A program made the translations under genes and the position numbers. 64,000 nucleotides of DNA from Octopus sinensis (lineage: Eukaryota): assembly GCF_006345805.1 (NCBI RefSeq), contig NC_043026.1:9610001-9674000 (forward strand). The letters are read 5' to 3'. The notes beneath the pieces were generated by a model. The model was given only the letters and a program-made list of their open reading frames with translations. It had not been told where the DNA came from and did not search any database. Within the stretch, counting starts at the first letter, position 1. Each line of letters opens with the position of its first letter. This document shows positions 44,516-58,959 of the stretch, in pieces.

Positions 44516-46465
44516 AAATAATAGTAATAGTAATTAATAATAATGATAATAATAATAGTAATAGTAATTAATAATAATGATAACAACCCTTCCTTTCCTA
44601 TTTTATATCCTTCATATGTCCTTCTCTTCTTTTACTTTCTTCTCGCTCTCTCTCTCTTTCTCTCATTCCCTCTCTCCTTTTAAATATCAACTTCAACATT
44701 TTATTACCCTTTTACATAAACATGTATATATTTTGTCTGTGTGTGTGTGTTTATATAGTGTACGTGTATATATGTATATATATATATTCTTTTATTCTTG
44801 TACTTGTTTCAGTCATTTGACTGTGGCCATATTGGAGCACCGCCTTTAGTCAAACAAATTGAACCCAGGACTTATTTTTTGTAAGCCTAGTACTTATTCT
44901 ATTGGTGTCTTTTGCTGAACAACTAAGTTACAGGGATGTAAACACACCAACATCGGTTGTCAAGCACTGTTGGTGGGACAAAAATAAAGAAAATATAAAG
45001 TGGTAGGAGGAAATTAGCACAAACGTGAAGAGTGTGCGTATATATGTATGTATACAAGTGTGTATCTCTCTCTCTCTCTCACTTTATATGTATATATATA
45101 TATATATATTCTTTCCATCATTTAATCATTAGTACTTACTGTTTAATTAAAATTTCATCTTCATTTCCTAACCTAGCTGATCCACAAATAGATTCAGTTA
45201 AAATATGTACCGGACTGAAAAAGAAATACTGGTGCTAATACGATCAGTTAAATGCATAAAGGCAATGCTCCATCATGGCCATGGTTCAATAACTAAAGGA
45301 ATAAAACACATCAGCCACACATTACATACATAACTTGAAATCTTTCTACCACCACGACCACCACCATTTAGTCTGTTAACCTATCTCTATAAATGACACA
45401 TCCTCTCTTCAATTATTATTCATGTCTTTCTCATCCACAAATATACAATTTTTAAAAAAAAACCATCACTATTTTATTTCTCAACCACAGAAATCTCCAA
45501 GAATATTTCTAAATTTACCAAATTATAACATAGATTATTCCTTCAAATACAATATTTAAATGTAATTTAGAAAAATATATTAAAAATATAATCTTTTAAA
45601 TATTAATAGGATGTTTAACTTTTATAATGTCAGAATACAATTTATGAAGTTGAAATACTTAAATTATTTTTATAAACATTATATTTGAAATGTAACAAAT
45701 ATATTTGTTTAAAATAAATTAAAATTATGGCTTCTGTTGTTGATGTTTAACTGAAAGTTAATTCTTATCTAGCCACCCTATGGCCAGACATTCTATCCAT
45801 GACCCCAGCTATAAGTTGTTATTATCTAACTTGATTTTAGGGGCGTTTTTGGGTCTTTGTTGTTGGTTTGTAATAGAATTTATAATATTTGCAGACAATG
45901 TGAAATAATTCTCAGAAGCCATCCATCTGATAAATAATATCGAAGATGGTGAGAAAACATATTTAATGCATTGCACATGAAAATGTTGATGTAGGATAAA
46001 GATGTGCTGAGAGAGGAAATATATGTTGTCACCAAATAGTTTAATATTTAAACAATTCTTCTTCTTTAGTTCAAGATATAAAATAGAAATGAAATCACCA
46101 GAACAATTTCATTTGTAATCAAAGATTAATATTAAAATAAAAAAATTAGTTTAAAACATTTCATTGATTAAAAGAAGAAAAAAATCAATTCGTAGAATCA
46201 TTAGAATGGTATTAGTACTGACACTTTGTGTTCTGGGTTCAAATTCTAGCAAGGTCAACTTTGACTTTCATTATGCAGGGGTCAATCATTTAAATACTAG
46301 TTTGAGGTGGTAGAATTAAATACTGGACAAGATGGCTTGCAGACGTAATCTATCACCTAATTTCACACCAAAAGCTGGCCCCTGAGCTGCTTTTAGCAGA
46401 GGATTTCTCTTTTGTGTGCATTCAGATTAGGCCTCTTGTTTTGAGAATGTCTTTCTCCCACTCAC

Positions 46466-46510
46466 CACTGTCGAAGAAAAAGTTAGGGTCATATGCAGGG
46501 CCGTTCTTGA
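46466..46510 (-). other. Candidate 45-nt exon
   Basis: Branch-like CTTAAT and T-rich tract then CTTAG acceptor; GTGAGT donor; open frame KNGPAYDPNFFFDS. Confidence 0.3.
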
Positions 46511-47144
46511 CTAAGCTTTTAAAAAATTAAGTTTATGAAAAACAACTAATTAATTTATCTGCCATAAAATTAATTTGCAAATTTTTAATTTCACTTGAGA
46601 CTTAGAAATCCACTTTAAACTACGTAAAATGATGATCCTAGTTGAACATTTCCATCAAATAGTTTTGACATAGTTATAACACAACCATACTTTATATTCT
46701 GGATATGAAAGGTTTTACTTGTGATGAGACACTGCAAAATGTTTAAACAATGTCTAGTCTATAGACATTGTTTGCAAATAAAACAATATCTATAGAACAG
46801 TATATTTTGAAATAAGTCTAATGAATGTTTAGCAATGTAAATGTGGTGGTAAATTGTGTGTTAAATAAATAGGAGAAGAATATTATTTACCAGGGTTGGT
46901 TATTGGGTTTTGATACTGGCTTGAAGTCTTTCTGTCTCAGAAATATTCTGTGAGTCTGCTTCGCTCGAACAGCAATGAAGATATGGCAACAGTTAAGAGG
47001 ATACTTATAATATATCCGGGAGTAGTAGACATTGCCTCCTCGTGTGTGTGTGTGTGTATACGTCCTCACGTATGCATGTATATATAGATGGATATACACT
47101 TACATAAATGTCTGTGTGTATATATATTTCTATGTGTGTATAGG

Positions 47145-47302
47145 TGTGGGAGTGGCTGTGTAGTAAGTAGATTGCTTACCAACCACATGGCTCTGGGTTC
47201 AGTCCCACTGTGTGGTACCTTGCACAAGTGACTTCTACTATAGCCTGGGGCCAACCAAAGCCTTGTAAGTAGATTTGGTAGATGGAAACTGAAAGAAGCT
47301 TG

Positions 47303-47339
<37 letters not shown>

Positions 47340-47465
47340 GTGTGTATATGTCCCCCATAGCTTAGCAGTTTAGCAAAAGAGACTAATACAATAAGTACTA
47401 GGCTTACAATGAAGAAATCCTGGAGTAGATTTGCTCAATTAAAGGCAGTGCTCCAGCATAGCCAT
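47145..47465 (+). mobile_element. SINE family A, diverged
   Basis: Head and tail recognisable. Confidence 0.75.
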
Positions 47466-47811
47466 AGTCTTGTTAGAAATAATAAAGAAATTTTCCTGAA
47501 ATAACATACAACCTTCTCATAAATACACACACGCATATGTATAGAAAGGCTTATTTTTATATACGTATGTATATAGTTATGTGTGTATATATATACACAT
47601 ACACTCACATTCACATGTTAATATATACAAATCTATGTTTATATATATATACCTGTATGCGTATGTCTGTAACATAACTATGGTGTTACTGTTGTGAAAC
47701 TGGCATTTATTATGATTTGAGAATTTTGGTATTGGTCTGGAATCTAACAGCCCAGAGCTCAGGTTGCGTTTCTCTGCAAATAATCTACCAGGAACTAATA
47801 TGTATGTATGC

Positions 47812-47867
<56 letters not shown>

Positions 47868-47869
47868 TA

Positions 47870-48226
47870 TATCGAATTGAACCAGCCAGGATCCCTGGCC
47901 TGGTGGTACGTAAAAAGCACTATCCGACTCGGGGCCGATGCCAGCGCCTCCCCAACTGGCTTCCGTGCCAGTGGCACCTAAAATACGCCAATCCAACCGT
48001 GGCCATTGCCAGCCTCGCCTGCCACCTGTGCAGGTGGCACGTAAAAAGCACCCACTACACTCACGGAGTGGTTGGTGTTAGGAAAGGCATCCAGCTGTAG
48101 AAACATTGCCAGATAAGACTGGAGCCTGGTGCAGCCTTCTGGCTTCCCAGATCCCCGGTCGAACTGTCCAACCCATGCTAGCATGGAAAGCGGACGTTAA
48201 GCGATGATGATGATGATGATGATGAT
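47870..48226 (+). mobile_element. SINE family D
   Basis: Ends CATGCTAGCATGGAAAGCGGACGTTAA(GAT)n. Confidence 0.85.
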
Positions 48227-48895
48227 ATATATATATATATTGTTTTATTCCTTTACTTGTTTCAGTAATTTGAATATGGTCATGCTGGAGCACCACCTTT
48301 AGTGAAAATGGAGAAAATATGGATGTGTGAGAAATTTATTTGTATCCTATAAAAATTTTGAAAAATTTATTTGAAACCATAGCAATAGAAATAAATTAAT
48401 TATAAGTTGTAAAGCTGAAAAAATGTGAAAGAGCCTACATATATGTTTCAGGACTATCCCCTAGAAATTAAAATGTTAAACTAAATACTATAAGCTCTTA
48501 ATAACCCTCAAGATGTTCTACCCCCTATAGCTGGACAATGATCCCTTCCTTAGCATTTAAGCAAATGCTTAGAATTCCTCTTCAATGAGGAGATGGTACT
48601 GAAACATACATGTTGGTTAATGTAATCGAAACATATGTTGGGCAATTATTATGATTAAACAAACTGTTAAATAAACCCAAAGGTTGAATGTTCGAATTCT
48701 TCATTCCCCTTATTATCAATATTGTACTTTACACTCAAAGTAGCCAGGAAAAAACTGTAACATTTGATGGGAGCGAAAGAAAATTTACCATAAAATGCCT
48801 CATCTGAAGGAACCAGCACTGACGTTTCTGTATTTTCCTGGATATTATATCTCTCTCCTCTCTCGCTCTCTCTCTCTCTGATATACACACACACA

Positions 48896-48931
<36 letters not shown>

Positions 48932-49294
48932 GTACATACACATGTATCGTGAGAGGGAGACAATAACAGAGAGCTGGCCTTTCTTAAATAGAACCCAAAT
49001 TTTGGCAATTTAGTGAAGAACAGGATTCTGTTTCAGCATGAACATAGTAATTATCTCTTTAATTACTTCAAATTAGGTGTAATCATTTGATTTCTGTGTT
49101 TAATTTCAGTCTTCATATATGGGATTAATATTTATACTTGGAAAGGCATGATTACCCTCTCATTGCATTCATTATCTCAACTTGAATTTTTCATACAAGT
49201 TTTGTAGTCTCTGCTCTACAGGTTACATAATCCACTGCATTCAGATATATTCATCAACACACACACACACACACAGATATATATATATATATAC

Positions 49295-49325
<31 letters not shown>

Positions 49326-49354
49326 ATATATATATACATATATATACATATATC

Positions 49355-49620
49355 CCGTGCCGGTGGCACGTAAAAAGCACCATCCGTCCATGGCCGTTCA
49401 CCAGCTCTGTCTGGCACCTGTGCGGGTGGCACGTAAAAAGCACCCACTACACTCACGGAGTGGTTGGCGTTAGGAAGGGCATCCAGCCGTAGAAACACTG
49501 CCAGATCAGACTGGGCCTGATGCAGCCTTCTGGCTTCACAGACCCCAGTTGAACCGTCCAACCCATGCTAGCATGGAAAGCGGACGCTAAATGACGATGA
49601 TGATGATGATGATGATGATA
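49355..49620 (+). mobile_element. SINE family D
   Basis: Same body and (GAT)n tail as 47870-48226. Confidence 0.85.
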
Positions 49621-50045
49621 TATATACATATATACACTCATATATACATGATGGACTTCTTTCTGTTTCTGTCTACCGAAGCCACTCACAAAGCTTTGGT
49701 TATAGTAGATGACACTTGCTTAAGGTGCCACACAGTGGGACTGAACCTGGAACCATGTAGTTGGGAAGCAAGCCTCTTATCACAAAGACACTCCTGTTGT
49801 TATTTGGATTTGATTTTCACTTCCTCCCTCTTAAGATCTAAAAATCCATTTTGAAATAATTCCAGTTGTTTCCAACTGAGAAAGCATTCATTTACATTTA
49901 CTCAACAACTCAAGTGTTTTGTTTACACATTGGTCCCCACAATGCAAGTATTCACATCCCCACCACAAAAAAGCCACTCTCATCACCATCATCATCTTAT
50001 TCATTAGTTTCAGCAGTCATTTATTAAAAATATAATTATTTATTT

Positions 50046-50379
50046 CGCATGGCTCAGTGGTTAGAGCGTCGAGCTTACGATCGTGAGGTTGTGAGCTCGA
50101 ATCCCGGACCGGGCTGCGTGTTGTGTTCTCGAGCAAGGCACTTTATTTCACGTTGCTCCAGTTCACTCAGCTGTAGAAATGAGTTGCGACGTCACTGGTG
50201 CCAAGCTGTATCGAACCCTTTGCCTTTCCCTTGGATAACACTGGTGGCGTGGAGAGGGGAGGCCGGTATGCATGGGCGACCGCTGGTCTTCCATAAACAA
50301 CCTTTCCCGGACTTGTGCCTCGGAGGGTAACTTTCTAGGTGCAATCCCATGGTCTGTGTCGTGACCGAAGGGGGTCTCA
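50046..50379 (+). mobile_element. SINE family E
   Basis: Homologous to 5479-5809; A and B boxes present. Confidence 0.9.
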
Positions 50380-50861
50380 AATATTCTTTCAACTAATTGG
50401 ACTTTTTTTTATTTCCTTTTCTTGTCCACGGAATAAAAAAGGGAAGCAGGAAAGATGTGTGTCTTTTCTATCAGAATGCTTATCATTTAATGTTTTAAGG
50501 TTTGCAGTATAAACTTTGTGACCCTGCTGGGTCACCACCAACAGCATCAGTTTGGTCCCCATGCCATCCGTCCTCTGCAAAAATCATGCTCACATTGCAT
50601 CACAACACCAAGGCAGAACTTTCTCACCCCCAACGAGCCCCTAATAAGCCATGACACATAGGAGAATAGAACCCCCCCCCCCCCCGATTATTGTATTGAA
50701 ATGGCTCCTGGGTGAATATCTGCAACAAATTTCAGTGAAACCCTATACACCCGGATATAACAGTGCAAACAATAACTCTTTCCTCGAATGGGTTCTGGTG
50801 CCCACAGAATTACTGTAGAGTGAAATATCATTAAATGTCGTTTCCAAGTGGTTTTTATTAA

Positions 50862-51082
50862 CCCTTTCGTTACCAACCCGGCTGAAACCGGCTCTGGCTC
50901 TGTAGTACAAATGTCTTGCTTTCATAAATTTTGAATAAAAATCTTCCAACAAATCTTAGTCACAATTCATGTTCCTAACACTAGCTTAATGATAACCAAG
51001 TTATTTTACTAAATTCTTTGTTACGTCTAAAATAATTGAAAGAAACGCAGAGCATCTCAACAGAAATATGGTAACGAAAGGG
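50862..51082. mobile_element. piggyBac-type MITE
   Basis: TTAA|CCCTTTCGTTACCA...TGGTAACGAAAGGG|TTAA: 14-bp perfect TIR. Confidence 0.9.
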
Positions 51083-51156
51083 TTAAGTTAACCATGGACT
51101 CGGGTAGTTCCAGCTGAAACTTATCCAAGTATATAAGTACGCATACATTAATACAT

Positions 51157-51470
51157 GGAGGCGCAATGGCCCAGTGGTTAGGGCAGCGGACTCGCGGTCG
51201 TAGGATCGCGGTTTCGATTCCCATACCGGGCGTTGTGAGTGTTTACTGAGCAAAAACACCTTAAAGCTCCACGAGGCCCCGGCAGGGGCTGGTGGTGATC
51301 CCTGCTGTACTCTTTCACCACTGTTTTTCTCACTCTCTCTTCTATTGGCCTGCTCGCTTAGCCAGCGGGGTGGCGTCATTCGAAGGCTGCAACAATGCGA
51401 ATGCATTGTGACCAGCGATGTGTAACAACATCTGATGGTCTGGTCGGTCACGTGATCACATTAATACATA
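51157..51470 (+). mobile_element. SINE family C head with a different 3' half
   Basis: Identical head; departs from the other copies after CTCTTTCACCAC. Confidence 0.7.
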
Positions 51471-51500
51471 CATGCACACACACACACACACACACACTAC

Positions 51501-51600
51501 NNNNNNNNNNNNNNNNNNNNNNNNNNNNNNNNNNNNNNNNNNNNNNNNNNNNNNNNNNNNNNNNNNNNNNNNNNNNNNNNNNNNNNNNNNNNNNNNNNNN
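51501..51600. other. Assembly gap (100 N)
   Basis: N run. Confidence 1.
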
Positions 51601-51702
51601 TACAAAACACATCGTCACCCAATCCAGGAATTGAAACCTTAATCTTGTATCACGAGTGCAACACACGGAAATGTGTTGCATCCAGCACATTCACACAGCA
51701 CA

Positions 51703-51744
<42 letters not shown>

Positions 51745-52769
51745 CATATATACATACAAAAAAACATACATAAATCTATACTACATATGTATGTGACGGT
51801 GGCACGTAAAATGCATCATTCAAGCATGCTTGATGCCAGCACTGCCTCAGTGGCCCTGATGCCTGTGGCACATAAAAAGCACCGACTTCACTCTCAGAGT
51901 GGTTGGCATTAGGAATGGTATCCAACTGCAGAAACTTTGCCAGATGAGATTGGGGCCTGGTGCACCCTTCTGGTATGCCAGCCCTCAGTCAAACTGTCCA
52001 ATTCATGCCAGCATGGAAGCAGACGTAAAAGACGACGACGATGATGATGATACATATATGTCTATATGTATGTATGTATTTGTAGCCCTCTTAGACATGC
52101 CAGTGGCCCCTCAGACAGCCATAGTTACCAGCCATGCTAACGATACAAAATTATCAGAGGCAATAAAAAAATTAAAGATGACACACAAGATTACAGCTGG
52201 GGCAAACGACTGAGAAAAGCGGCAAGACCATGGTGGTGCTCCAGCATGACCACAGCTACATGTGTAAAGAAACGTGTAAAAGAATTATATGTCTGTGCAT
52301 ATGTGTATTATGAAACCATATCAAAACTTTCCTGAGTCATTGACTCACACATCACAAATTATCGACTCATAAGGACGGTTTCCCTTATTCTGTCATGTAT
52401 ATATTTCCCCCAATGAAGAGGAAGGTAGGCCATCGTTGGATTCCTTGTTTTTACTAGCCGAATAAATTGGGGGAAGTGGAATGAAGAGAGTTGCTCAAGA
52501 AAACAATCTATCACCCAATCCAGGAATTGAAACCTTAATCTTAGTATCATGAGTGCAACACACTAAAAATGTGCATCCACACATTCACACAGACACACAT
52601 ACACAAACACACATGTACAGGGGTATAAATATACACAAGTATACACCCTTATATATACATATATAATTAAACATATATATATACACATAAATACATACAC
52701 ACACACACACAGTTACAGTAAATATATATATGCATATACATACATATATATATATATACACACACAAAC

Positions 52770-52831
<62 letters not shown>

Positions 52832-53075
52832 GCACAGTAATACTTTTCAAATTAAAATTTTCCCACACTATTTGTTGAAAATCCAACAAAAGCTTTCTAA
52901 GAAAGTGTTTTATGAGAATGCTTATCCAAGTGTAATTAACAACAATTATCAATTTTTACTTAGCATTCATCACACATATTTGAGTTTTGAGATTTCCAAA
53001 CATATACATTCATACACCCATTTATATATACACACACAGATGCCTGCACATGCACACACATAGCAATATATATAT

Positions 53076-53117
<42 letters not shown>

Positions 53118-53287
53118 TCATCATCATTTAGCGTCCGCTTTCCATAGTGGCATGGGTTGGACGGTTACGCATACATTTACACACATACACATATGCACAC
53201 ACACTCACATACATTCATTGATACTATGCCTTTGGCTGATCAGAAAATTGTGATCCTTTTGTGAGAAGAAAATTGAAGAAAACCCCT

Positions 53288-53328
<41 letters not shown>

Positions 53329-53334
53329 TCATCA

Positions 53335-53860
53335 TCATCATCATCATTTAACGTCCGCTTTCCATGCTAGCATGGATTGGACGGTTCAACTGGGGTCTGG
53401 GGAGCCCGAAGGCTGCACCAGGCCAGTCAGATCTGGCAGTGTTTCTACAGCTGGATGCCCTTCCTAACGCCAACCACTCCGAGAGTGTAGTGGGTGATTT
53501 TATGTGCCAGACGAGGCTGGCGAACGGCCACGCTCGGATGGTGTTTTTTTTTGTGCCACCGACACAGGTGCCAGACGAGGCTGGCTGATGGCCACGCTCG
53601 GATGGTGTTTTTATGTGCCACCGACACAGGTGCCAGATGAGGCTGGCGAACGGCCACGATCGGATGGTGTTTGTTACGTGCCCACAGCACGGAGGCCAGT
53701 CGATGCGGTACTGGCTACGGCCACGTTCGGATGGTTTTCTTGTGTGCCACCGGCACTGGTACCACAAAGATACAAATTTCATTGATGTTCATCTATTTTG
53801 ATTTGTTTTGATTTTGATTTTGATTTTCACTTGCCTCAACAGGTCTTCACAAGTGTCACA
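53335..53860 (-). mobile_element. SINE family D, near full-length with internal ~60-bp repeats
   Basis: Reverse complement of the family D tail; repeated GTGCCAGACGAGGCTGGC units. Confidence 0.85.
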
Positions 53861-54233
53861 AGAAGGAAGGTATGCACAGGTGGACTGTGTGTAACATTCG
53901 TGGTGGGAGGGAAGAAGAGAGGGAAAAGAAAAATATGTCAGAGAGGGATAGTGAGAGGGGGAGGGACATAAAATGAAAGAAAAATGTTTAGTAAAAGAGA
54001 GAGAAAAGCTGAGAGAGAGAGAGAGACGGAGAGAGCTAATGATAAAGAGAGTGAGAAAAAGCAAGAGAGGTGGAGTAAAGTCCGGAGGGAGAGAGAGAGA
54101 GAGATAGATTATGTGTGTTCGCCATCTAAATATTGCATAAGGGGAAGAACAACACAAATTTGTGACGACTTAGCTGTTATTTCCAGCATTATATGAAACC
54201 ATATATGAAAAAAGTATTTTTATGGAATGCCTT

Positions 54234-54910
54234 TTACGGGGGTCGGCTGAAAGGTCCATAGGCTGACCAAGATTCTCTCCCGGAAGGTGACCAAATGGGG
54301 TGTATTTTCCGATATAGTCCCCCCTTGAGGTCCACACATTTCTTCTAAACAAAACAAGAACAAAGATCACTTTTCTCTCTGTCTCCCTTCTTCCTTTCTT
54401 TATCCCTTTTTTTTCTCTTTTCTTTCTCTCTCTTACCTTCTCTCATCCCTTTGGTGTTGCAGTGCTTGGCTCCGTTTGCTGAAGAAGCGCTCATCCTGTT
54501 GAGCAACAACAACAAAAAAAAGGCATCGACAGAAGATATGACATCATCATCACTGCGATACTGGTTCCCAGCCAAATGTTACTTCATGTTGGGGATCAGA
54601 TGGGGCCAAATCAGGAGAATAGGGAGGGCGATTAACCTGTTCAAAGCCACAGTCACGCACGGCAACCATTGAAACGAAGGACTTGTGTGCTGGAGCATTG
54701 TCTTGATGAAACAATTCCCCATTCTTCAGTTTTCCTTGGCGTTTGGTCTTGAGAGCATTCCACAACTGCCTCAGGAAGTTGGCAAAGCACTCTCCATTGG
54801 TGGATTTGGCCCTTTATTCCTCCGCCACCTTCTTTTAAAATCATAAAACTGGCATCTGGAAATTGGCCCCTTGGGAAAAACTACAAACAGCAAACCATCC
54901 CGAAATATTA
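54234..54910 (-). mobile_element. Mariner (DD34D) transposase C-terminal fragment with 3' TIR
   Basis: LFHQDNAPAH, PPYSPDLAPSD, KCVDLKGDY motifs; stops, frameshifts and a ~100-bp insertion. Confidence 0.9.
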
Positions 54911-55081
54911 AAATGAAAGCCATCTTACAGAAAAAGCTAAACAAAACAAGAAAAAAGATCGCTTGTTTCTCTATCTCCCTTCTTCCTTTCTTTATCCCTT
55001 TTTTTCTCTTTTCTTTTCTTTCTCTCTTACCTTCTCTCATCGCATCTTTCCTCTTTTTCTATTTACACACAAACCACACAC

Positions 55082-55117
<36 letters not shown>

Positions 55118-55799
55118 TAACAAAGCAAAACAGATTTCAACAAAAGACAAAGTTTCCTGTAAAACTCAAATCTGACAAGTTCCAATGAATGAGATGAAAA
55201 CACTTATAACGAATATCCACCAATTCTCACAACCGCCTTTCTTTAAATCATATAAATCTGCCACATCATCTATCAAATGTCTCTCTACCATTTCTCTATA
55301 ATCTATCTGTCTATCTGCCTATCTACCTATCGATATATCTGTCTCTCTCTCTATCCATCTATCTGTGTGTGTGTGTGTATATATGCTGTCTTGACCGAGC
55401 TAATTTTCTGTTAATAGTATATGAATGGTTATCTCCCTTTAGTTGAATGTCTCTGCGTTAATCCATCCGTGTGTGTAGTTAGGTGGGTAGGTATGTGTAT
55501 ACAGGGGTTGATGAAAAGTACCCGGCATGACCACTGCTGCAGAGGACTGGCTGGAGACCGAACCAGCTGTGTTCTTTTTCCCAGGGCTTAGAAAAACTGA
55601 AGGGCCACTGCAACAAGTGTGTGAATGTGAGAGGGGAGAATATGTTGAATAGAATGCTAATGAAGTGATTCGTCTCTATTTTGTTTTACCTGAAGCCAGA
55701 AACATTTCAATACTCCCTCGTCTGTAGACACACATACACACACACACGCATGCACACATACACAAACGCATACATATACACGCACATGACAGGTGGACC

Positions 55800-56815
55800 C
55801 TTTCAGGCTGACCCGAATAGTGTTGGGACATGGGAGGACCAAATCAGGGAAATGGACCAGCTCCAGAGAAGAGGTAGAAGCTTTTCTGTGTGGGTGGGGG
55901 AGTGATCTACAACCATAACCTCAGAAATCAAGCTCCTAATGTTAACCCAAAAGTCTGTAGAGCTGAAATACCAGGAAATGAGTTCAACGTCAGTTGTCCA
56001 TTCTGGAAAGAAGTGGGACGAGTGGTTGTGAAAGGGGCCAGATCAGGATCAGCTCCTGTCCAAGTGGTGTACCTTATAAAGTATACAAGAAATGCCCATG
56101 GCTCCTTCAGAGGCTGTGGACACTATTCTGAAAGATCTGGACAAATGGTATCATTCCACCGAAAGGAAGTTTTGTGCTGCCAAAGGAAGAAAAACTCATC
56201 AGCCATTAACAAATTCAGGACCATTCTCCTTCCTGAGTGTTGAGGGAAAAACCTTCTGTACTGACCAAAAAAGGGTGACCTCATACAATGAGTATATAAA
56301 CACCTCTATCCAGAAAGGTAGGGGTCTCAGGTTTCTCGGGCTGACTGGAACACAACCAGCTGATTCGGGAGGCCAAGAAGTAAAGGGCTAGGTTTGGCGA
56401 TCTGGGCATGTGCAAACAGCTCAGATAAGCCTGACTGATCAGTTGAGGGAACAATGCAAAGGAGCATCGAGGTCAGAACAGCATACAAGTCAGTGGCAAG
56501 ACCCTTGAGAAAGAATCATAACTGGTTGCACACAATCTCCCCATTCTTTCATCATGGCTATGAATCTCCTCGTGTCAGCTGCTGAAAATGAAGGCCAAGG
56601 ACCAACAATGGAATCAAGCAGCTGTCAGCAGCCAATAAGGGGTTTCATGGATGATATCACGGTAACAACTACAACCCATGTGGAGGCAGAAATGGTGCTG
56701 ACCTCATTTGAACACATGGTAATATTCGTTAGAAAGAAGTTTAAGCCTCCCAAATATAGGGGTATGGTAACCAGAGGAGGTAAAGTAACAAACAAAATTA
56801 AGCTACAAGTGCTAA
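55800..56815 (+). mobile_element. HERO/R2-group non-LTR retrotransposon RT fragment, degraded
   Basis: SAP-PSGVPYKVYKKCP, LSVEGKTF, PIRGFMDDITVTT, FKPPKYRGMV motifs across frameshifts. Confidence 0.75.
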
Positions 56816-57036
56816 ATACAACTAAATTGAAAACCTTTTACCCCTGGCCATATTGATAATTCTGAAAACTTTGGGTGCTTTTTTTAACAATTTTTATCCT
56901 GGAAATCACCTGCATAAATTACACAGGTGCGCAAATTACATGGGTTTTTACGGTAATAATTTTACCTTGTCCTTACCCTTAGAGCAAGTTTTGAAGAGTG
57001 CAGTTCATTTTTAACAGCTATTTTTTCAAAGTTATA

Positions 57037-57516
57037 ATGGAAGTGACAAAGGAGCATATTCGGCATATTTTGTTTTATGAGTTCAATCAAGGCAAAACAC
57101 AACGGAAAATGCAAGGAATATTAATGCAGTGTATGGGGATTGGACAATAAGTGTAAGCCAGTGTCAACGGTGGTCCAGAAATTCCGAGTCAGAAACTATA
57201 GCCTAGAAGACAAGTTTTGTCCTGGAAGATCTGTAGAGCTTGATGAGGACATCCTGCAAACCCTAGTGGAACAAATCCCATAGTAACTGTTGAGGAGCTA
57301 GCAGAACTTGGATTTGGTTACTCAACCATTCATCAACACCTGCGTGCCATTGAAAAAGTCAACAAATAGAGTCAATGGGTTCCTCACAAATTTTCCAAGT
57401 CTAATTGCACGCAGTGAGTGAATGTGTGCTCTTCTTTGCTGTCACATCTCACGAATGAACCATTTTTGGACTGAATAGTGACTGGAGATGAGAAATGGGT
57501 TCTCTATAAAAATGTA
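57037..57516 (+). mobile_element. Mariner transposase N-terminal fragment (pseudogene)
   Basis: MEVTKEHIRHILFYEF, QWVPHKF, IVTGDEKWVLY motifs with stops and frameshifts. Confidence 0.9.
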
Positions 57517-57679
57517 TATAAAATAATGCCAAATCTGCGAAATCCATAGTTTACTGATTGGATCAACATATGATTTGATCCGATGTTCTACATGTAAAAA
57601 TGACAGGAAAATAATTAAGAATAAACCAGCTTTATTTAGATTTCATAATGTCTTCAGAGAGAAATGATGTAAAAAGTAA

Positions 57680-58457
57680 AGATTATAGGCCACACAGTGA
57701 AGAAGATAAGTGATTGAGAAGACAGAGGGACAGATTCGGAGATAGAAAGACAGACAGGCTCTGACATACAGACAGATGGCTACAGTAGGCAGGAGAGGGA
57801 CAACACAAGTGACATGATGTTGGATAATTTGCAGGAACAAGTGGGGAAGAGTGGCGCAGGAATGATGGAATACACACAAGCGTAGTGAATAAATGATTTT
57901 TATTAGAAACTAGAATGACCTGACATTTATTGATGTAAATTATAGGCCACGCAGTCAAGACGATATATAATTGAGAAGGCAGAAAGACAGACAGACACTG
58001 ACAAATAGATTCTCAGATCGGACTGAGACAAACAGACTGAGGGAGAGATAGAGAAACTGAGAGGAGAGTAGTAAAGCTGTGACAGCTGAATTGAGAAGAG
58101 GAGGGAAGGATCATGAGGAATCTCATGGAAAGAGATAAACATAGGGGTGATGAGGTGTTAGAGTTGACCTTCAAAGTACAAGAATGAGTGGGGCAGAGGG
58201 AAGAAAAGTGTGGGACAGTTAGTGGAAGGGTGAAGAGATGGCAAGTAGGCAACCTGCAATGATGCAAGACACATAGGGGAGTAGGAAGTGACTGAGAATT
58301 CAAAGCAGCAGAAGAGTAATGATGACACAGTAGACAGGAGAGGGACAACAGAAGCGACATGATGTTGGATAATTTACAGGAACAGGTGGGGAAGAGTGGG
58401 GCAGGCATGATGGAATACATACAAGCGTAGTGAATAAAGGATTTTTATTAGAAATAC
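57680..58457. repeat. Diverged local duplication of a purine-rich segment
   Basis: CATGATGTTGGATAATTT...AGCGTAGTGAATAAA at ~57812 and ~58358; ATTATAGGCCAC at ~57682 and ~57940. Confidence 0.75.
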
Positions 58458-58959
58458 TACAGCAGTAAGTTACCACAATTATGTCGACACAGTAGTAGTT
58501 ATATGTAAAATAATAGCATTATATTTTGTTTCCTTTGAGAATGCATTGATGATTATATAAGTTATCATAGAATGAACTGTGACAAACACTGCATCTTGGT
58601 TTTACAGCACATGTATGGCATGCCCTGCCTATGGAATGTAAAAGGTGATTAAACGGCTGGCATCAGGAAAAGCATTTAGCTTTAAAAGATTATTTCAAAA
58701 TGGGGAAACAAAATGAGATGAGTGATTAGGAAAAGTCGAGGGTAGATATTGCATCAGCGAATAAAAAAATTGTCTTGAGAGGTTTATCATTGTGTGAGGT
58801 AACGAATTTGGACCAATAATACAGTTGTACTTCCTAAGTGAATAGCTAAATGGGGAGAGATAATTCCCTTTTGTCAGGGAATGATTTCTCAGAGACATCA
58901 CAATGCTGTGACTTTCCTCCTGTCTGAACACATTTGTGAGAATGTAAAACGTTTGCTTG

